From Phycisphaerales bacterium (lineage in GTDB: Bacteria > Planctomycetota > Phycisphaerae > Phycisphaerales > UBA1924): a stretch of 64,000 nucleotides of DNA. Both the position numbers and the translations under genes were made by a program. The notes beneath the pieces were generated by a model. It had not been told where the DNA came from. It saw only the letters and a program-made list of their open reading frames with translations, and ran no database searches. Positions 61,646 to 64,000 of the stretch are shown here, in pieces (positions within the stretch are counted from its first letter, which is position 1; each line of letters opens with the position of its first letter). The stretch covers positions 1,476,782-1,540,781 of the forward strand of contig JAXMAL010000001.1 in the NCBI GenBank assembly GCA_046350415.1, read 5' to 3'.

Positions 61646-62722
61646 ATGAACCGCATGCTCGCCACCCTCGTTGTTCTCCTCGTTGGCCAGGCCCAGGCCC
61701 AGCCCCCCAACACCGGCGCCCCGATCAACCTCGACAAGGTCGACAAGATCCCCGAGATCGTGACGCTCGACCAGGTGCCCGGTTGCTACGGCTCCGTCCG
61801 CTTTGACCACCGCGTCCACGTGCAGATGTCCGGGATGCACGGCGAATGCCGCAACTGCCACCACGAGCTGCCCGAGAACGCCAAGTCCACCGACAAGCCC
61901 GACGTGCGCCCCTGCCGCGAGTGCCACGAGCCCGCCAGCAACGCGACCATCGACGGCAAGCCCGGCCTGCGCGGCGCCTATCACCGTCAGTGCCTGAGCT
62001 GCCACCGCGATTGGACCCACGACAACGCATGCGGGTTCTGCCACATCGTCTCCGGGAACATCCGCGCCAACCCCGGCCTGGCCGAACGCCTCCGCGGCAA
62101 CCTCCAGCCCCGCGCCGAGGCCCACGCTTCCTACGTCTACACCACGGGCAACAAGGGCATCCCGATGGTCACCTTCCATCACAAGGACCACACCGAACGC
62201 TTCGGCATCAAGTGCGTCGAGTGCCACAGCGGCAACTCCTGCAGCGAATGCCACGGCAGCATGGCCGCCCGCCCCGTCGTGAACCGGCAACAGACCTGCT
62301 ACAACTGCCACTCCCAGGACCGCTGCGTCACCTGTCACGACCTCCGCGAACGCCCCGCGTTCGATCACGCCCAGCGCACCGGATGGTGGCTCCGCCCCGG
62401 GCACGCCTCCCTCGCCTGCAACGATTGCCACAAGCCCAACGAGTTCCCCAGCAAGCCCGTCACCGGCGCCTGCCTCCCGTGCCACGCCAAACGCTGGGGC
62501 GAACAGGGCTTTGATCACAGCCGAACCGGCGTCGCCCTCGAAGGCGATCACGCCTACTTCGAATGCCTCGACTGCCACCGCGGCGGCAACGAGCAGATGC
62601 TCGCCGATTGCACCAAGTGCCACGCCAAACGCCCCGTCGACGGCCCGCGCCGCGTCGGCCGCGACAACGCCACCTGGTGGGACGATCGCATCAACCCCGA
62701 AGCAACAACCAGCGATCACTGA
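61646..62722 (+). CDS. Periplasmic 12-heme cytochrome c (three cytochrome c3-like tetraheme modules)
   Basis: Signal peptide MNRMLATLVVLLVGQAQA. I count 12 CxxCH motifs: CRNCH, CRECH, CLSCH, CGFCH, CVECH, CSECH, CYNCH, CVTCH, CNDCH, CLPCH, CLDCH, CTKCH. F(D/H)H..H distal-ligand motifs are also present. Confidence 0.9.
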   Translation: MNRMLATLVVLLVGQAQAQPPNTGAPINLDKVDKIPEIVTLDQVPGCYGSVRFDHRVHVQMSGMHGECRNCHHELPENAKSTDKPDVRPCRECHEPASNATIDGKPGLRGAYHRQCLSCHRDWTHDNACGFCHIVSGNIRANPGLAERLRGNLQPRAEAHASYVYTTGNKGIPMVTFHHKDHTERFGIKCVECHSGNSCSECHGSMAARPVVNRQQTCYNCHSQDRCVTCHDLRERPAFDHAQRTGWWLRPGHASLACNDCHKPNEFPSKPVTGACLPCHAKRWGEQGFDHSRTGVALEGDHAYFECLDCHRGGNEQMLADCTKCHAKRPVDGPRRVGRDNATWWDDRINPEATTSDH

Positions 62723-62767
62723 TCGGTCTCGGACCCCGCCATCTCGCTCATCGATGCCGTGTTCTTG

Positions 62768-62803
62768 GGCTGCCCGTGAGTTTCTCTCGCGGGCAGCCTT
62801 TTT
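62768..62803 (+). terminator. Rho-independent terminator after the cytochrome operon
   Basis: A 9-bp perfect stem GGCTGCCCG / CGGGCAGCC with a 13-nt loop is followed directly by TTTTT. It lies 46 nt after the stop at 62722. Confidence 0.78.
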
Positions 62804-62950
62804 CGGAGCGCCGCCAAGCCAGTCTATTCAACGCGAGAGGCGGACTCCCCGCTCACCGACTGCTGCTGCGATCGTGATGCTGCGGGATAGCGCACGCGCC
62901 GACGAACCTTCCGGCGGCGCACATCGGCCGCCCCGCGCTGGCCTATCCGT

Positions 62951-64000
62951 TTACTCCCACCACACACGCGCCCACATCGCCAGGTTGATCGAGGGCCAGG
63001 CGAGCTGCCACACCTTCGACGCGTCCGATCGGATCATCTCGCGCAGCATCGGCGTGAACACTCCACGCGCCCACTCCGACCGCTCGATCTCCGAACCACG
63101 ATCGACCACCCACGACTGGAATGGCAGGGGAAAACTCGCCTTGGGTCTCTGCACGATCTCTCGCGGCAGATCGCCCGCAAAGGCGTCGCGCAACGCGATC
63201 TTGCTCCTCGTCAGTCCAGCCGAGCCCGCGCCCGATCCGTCGCCGCTCGTCGCGAACTTCATGCCCATTGGCAGTTCGTTGGCGAGCCGCGCCACTTCGA
63301 TATCCGCGATCGGTGTGCGTCCCTCGATGCCCTCGAGCATCGAGGCGCTGTCGAGACGAAGCAGGAGCCCAGTGAGATTGATCCGCCGAATGAACCGCAG
63401 GTGCGCCTCGGCGGGGTCATCAACGCCCAGCGAGGCGCGCTCGAATTCCGCGTCATAGGTCGCGCGCAGCGTTTCGTCGTCCTCGCTCACGCGGCGGAAC
63501 TCCTTCGTAATCGCCTCCCGCTTCACCTCCGGCGACATCCACGCGTTGCTCACCAGCTGGTGCGTTCCGCCCTCGCGACGCCACTGAGCTTCGCTCCTGC
63601 CACGCGTGCGCTCGAAGATCCCCTGCATCGGCGCGACGTATCCCGCGAAGAGCTCGTCCGCGCCCTCGCCCGAGAGCGCGACGACACGCCCGTCGGCGCG
63701 GATCCGTGCCGCCACCGCGTTGATCGCAACTTCGTTGGGCGTGCTGAGCGGCACGCCGGTGCGGCGGATCATCGACTCCCACTGGCTCGCGAACATCGCG
63801 CGATCGACAAGCACCTCGGTGTGACGGCCGTCAATCGCCTCGGCCATCAATCTCGCATACGCGAAGTCGTCGCTACCGGCCTGCCCATCGGCGCTCGCGG
63901 CTCCAGCGCAATAGGTCATCACATGCCCATCACGATCCGCGATCGTGTCGCAAAGGCCCGCGGGCTGGTCGCTCGCGCCCCCCGCGGTCCGCCTCTCGCC
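62951..64000 (-). CDS. asnB: Asparagine synthase (glutamine-hydrolysing), C-terminal synthetase part; N-terminus beyond the right edge
   Basis: The frame stays open to position 64000 (GERRTAGGASDQPAGLCDTIADRDGHV precedes the track's first start). The sequence VALSGEGADELFAGY...VDRGSEIERSEWARGVF matches the AsnB C-terminal domain pattern. Confidence 0.82.
   Translation of the reverse strand, partial: GERRTAGGASDQPAGLCDTIADRDGHVMTYCAGAASADGQAGSDDFAYARLMAEAIDGRHTEVLVDRAMFASQWESMIRRTGVPLSTPNEVAINAVAARIRADGRVVALSGEGADELFAGYVAPMQGIFERTRGRSEAQWRREGGTHQLVSNAWMSPEVKREAITKEFRRVSEDDETLRATYDAEFERASLGVDDPAEAHLRFIRRINLTGLLLRLDSASMLEGIEGRTPIADIEVARLANELPMGMKFATSGDGSGAGSAGLTRSKIALRDAFAGDLPREIVQRPKASFPLPFQSWVVDRGSEIERSEWARGVFTPMLREMIRSDASKVWQLAWPSINLAMWARVWWE

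Noticed and set aside
60287-62719. 810-aa minus-strand ORF spanning the NrfD and cytochrome genes
   Set aside because: Its composition is Gly/Ala/Asp/Glu/Val-rich with no motifs. It is exactly antisense to two genes with strong signatures (NrfD TM pattern, 12 CxxCH). This is a typical open antisense frame in high-GC DNA.

Overview
High-GC bacterial chromosomal segment. The DUF1559-type prepilin protein and the glycan-degrading gene content suggest a Planctomycetota/Phycisphaerae-like organism, but that is inference only. All calls come from reading the sequence and from remembered motifs; no searches were run. I support about 45 protein genes, one tRNA, one riboswitch, one sigma-54 promoter and one clear intrinsic terminator. 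I saw no rRNA, CRISPR array or IS transposase. Many long ORFs in the track are antisense or off-frame shadows typical of high-GC DNA and are rejected. Layout: (a) 1-9358 is an integrative island at tRNA-Val(CAC) with visibly lower GC. It holds a tyrosine integrase, a 1564-aa Cap4/DUF4297-like nuclease + STAND-type P-loop NTPase + helical-repeat protein (a candidate Avs-like antiphage sensor), and a >750-aa orphan beta-rich ORF. That orphan ORF is absent from the ORF track because it runs off the left edge. This island is the best candidate for an undescribed system, and it is truncated by the window. (b) 9.4-29.4 kb is core genes: motAB stator pair, pseudopilin, TPP riboswitch-thiC-tpx, DinB/GNAT/YciI-type small enzymes, S41 peptidase, rsmD. 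(c) 29.5-45 kb is a glycan-utilisation locus: araF-DUF5107/TPR-araG-araH, a 1231-aa glycoside hydrolase and a GH35 beta-galactosidase. It is interrupted by a caspase-like (C14) protease fused to an unrecognised roughly 220-aa C-terminal domain. (d) 45-55.3 kb is a methylmalonyl-CoA pathway cluster. (e) 55.3-62.8 kb is a sigma-54 two-component system whose kinase carries CxxCH heme-c motifs. It lies divergent from a sigma-54-promoted operon encoding a 4-TM protein, a Tat-exported NrfC-like FeS protein, an NrfD-like membrane protein and a 12-heme cytochrome c. (f) The right edge is a partial asnB.
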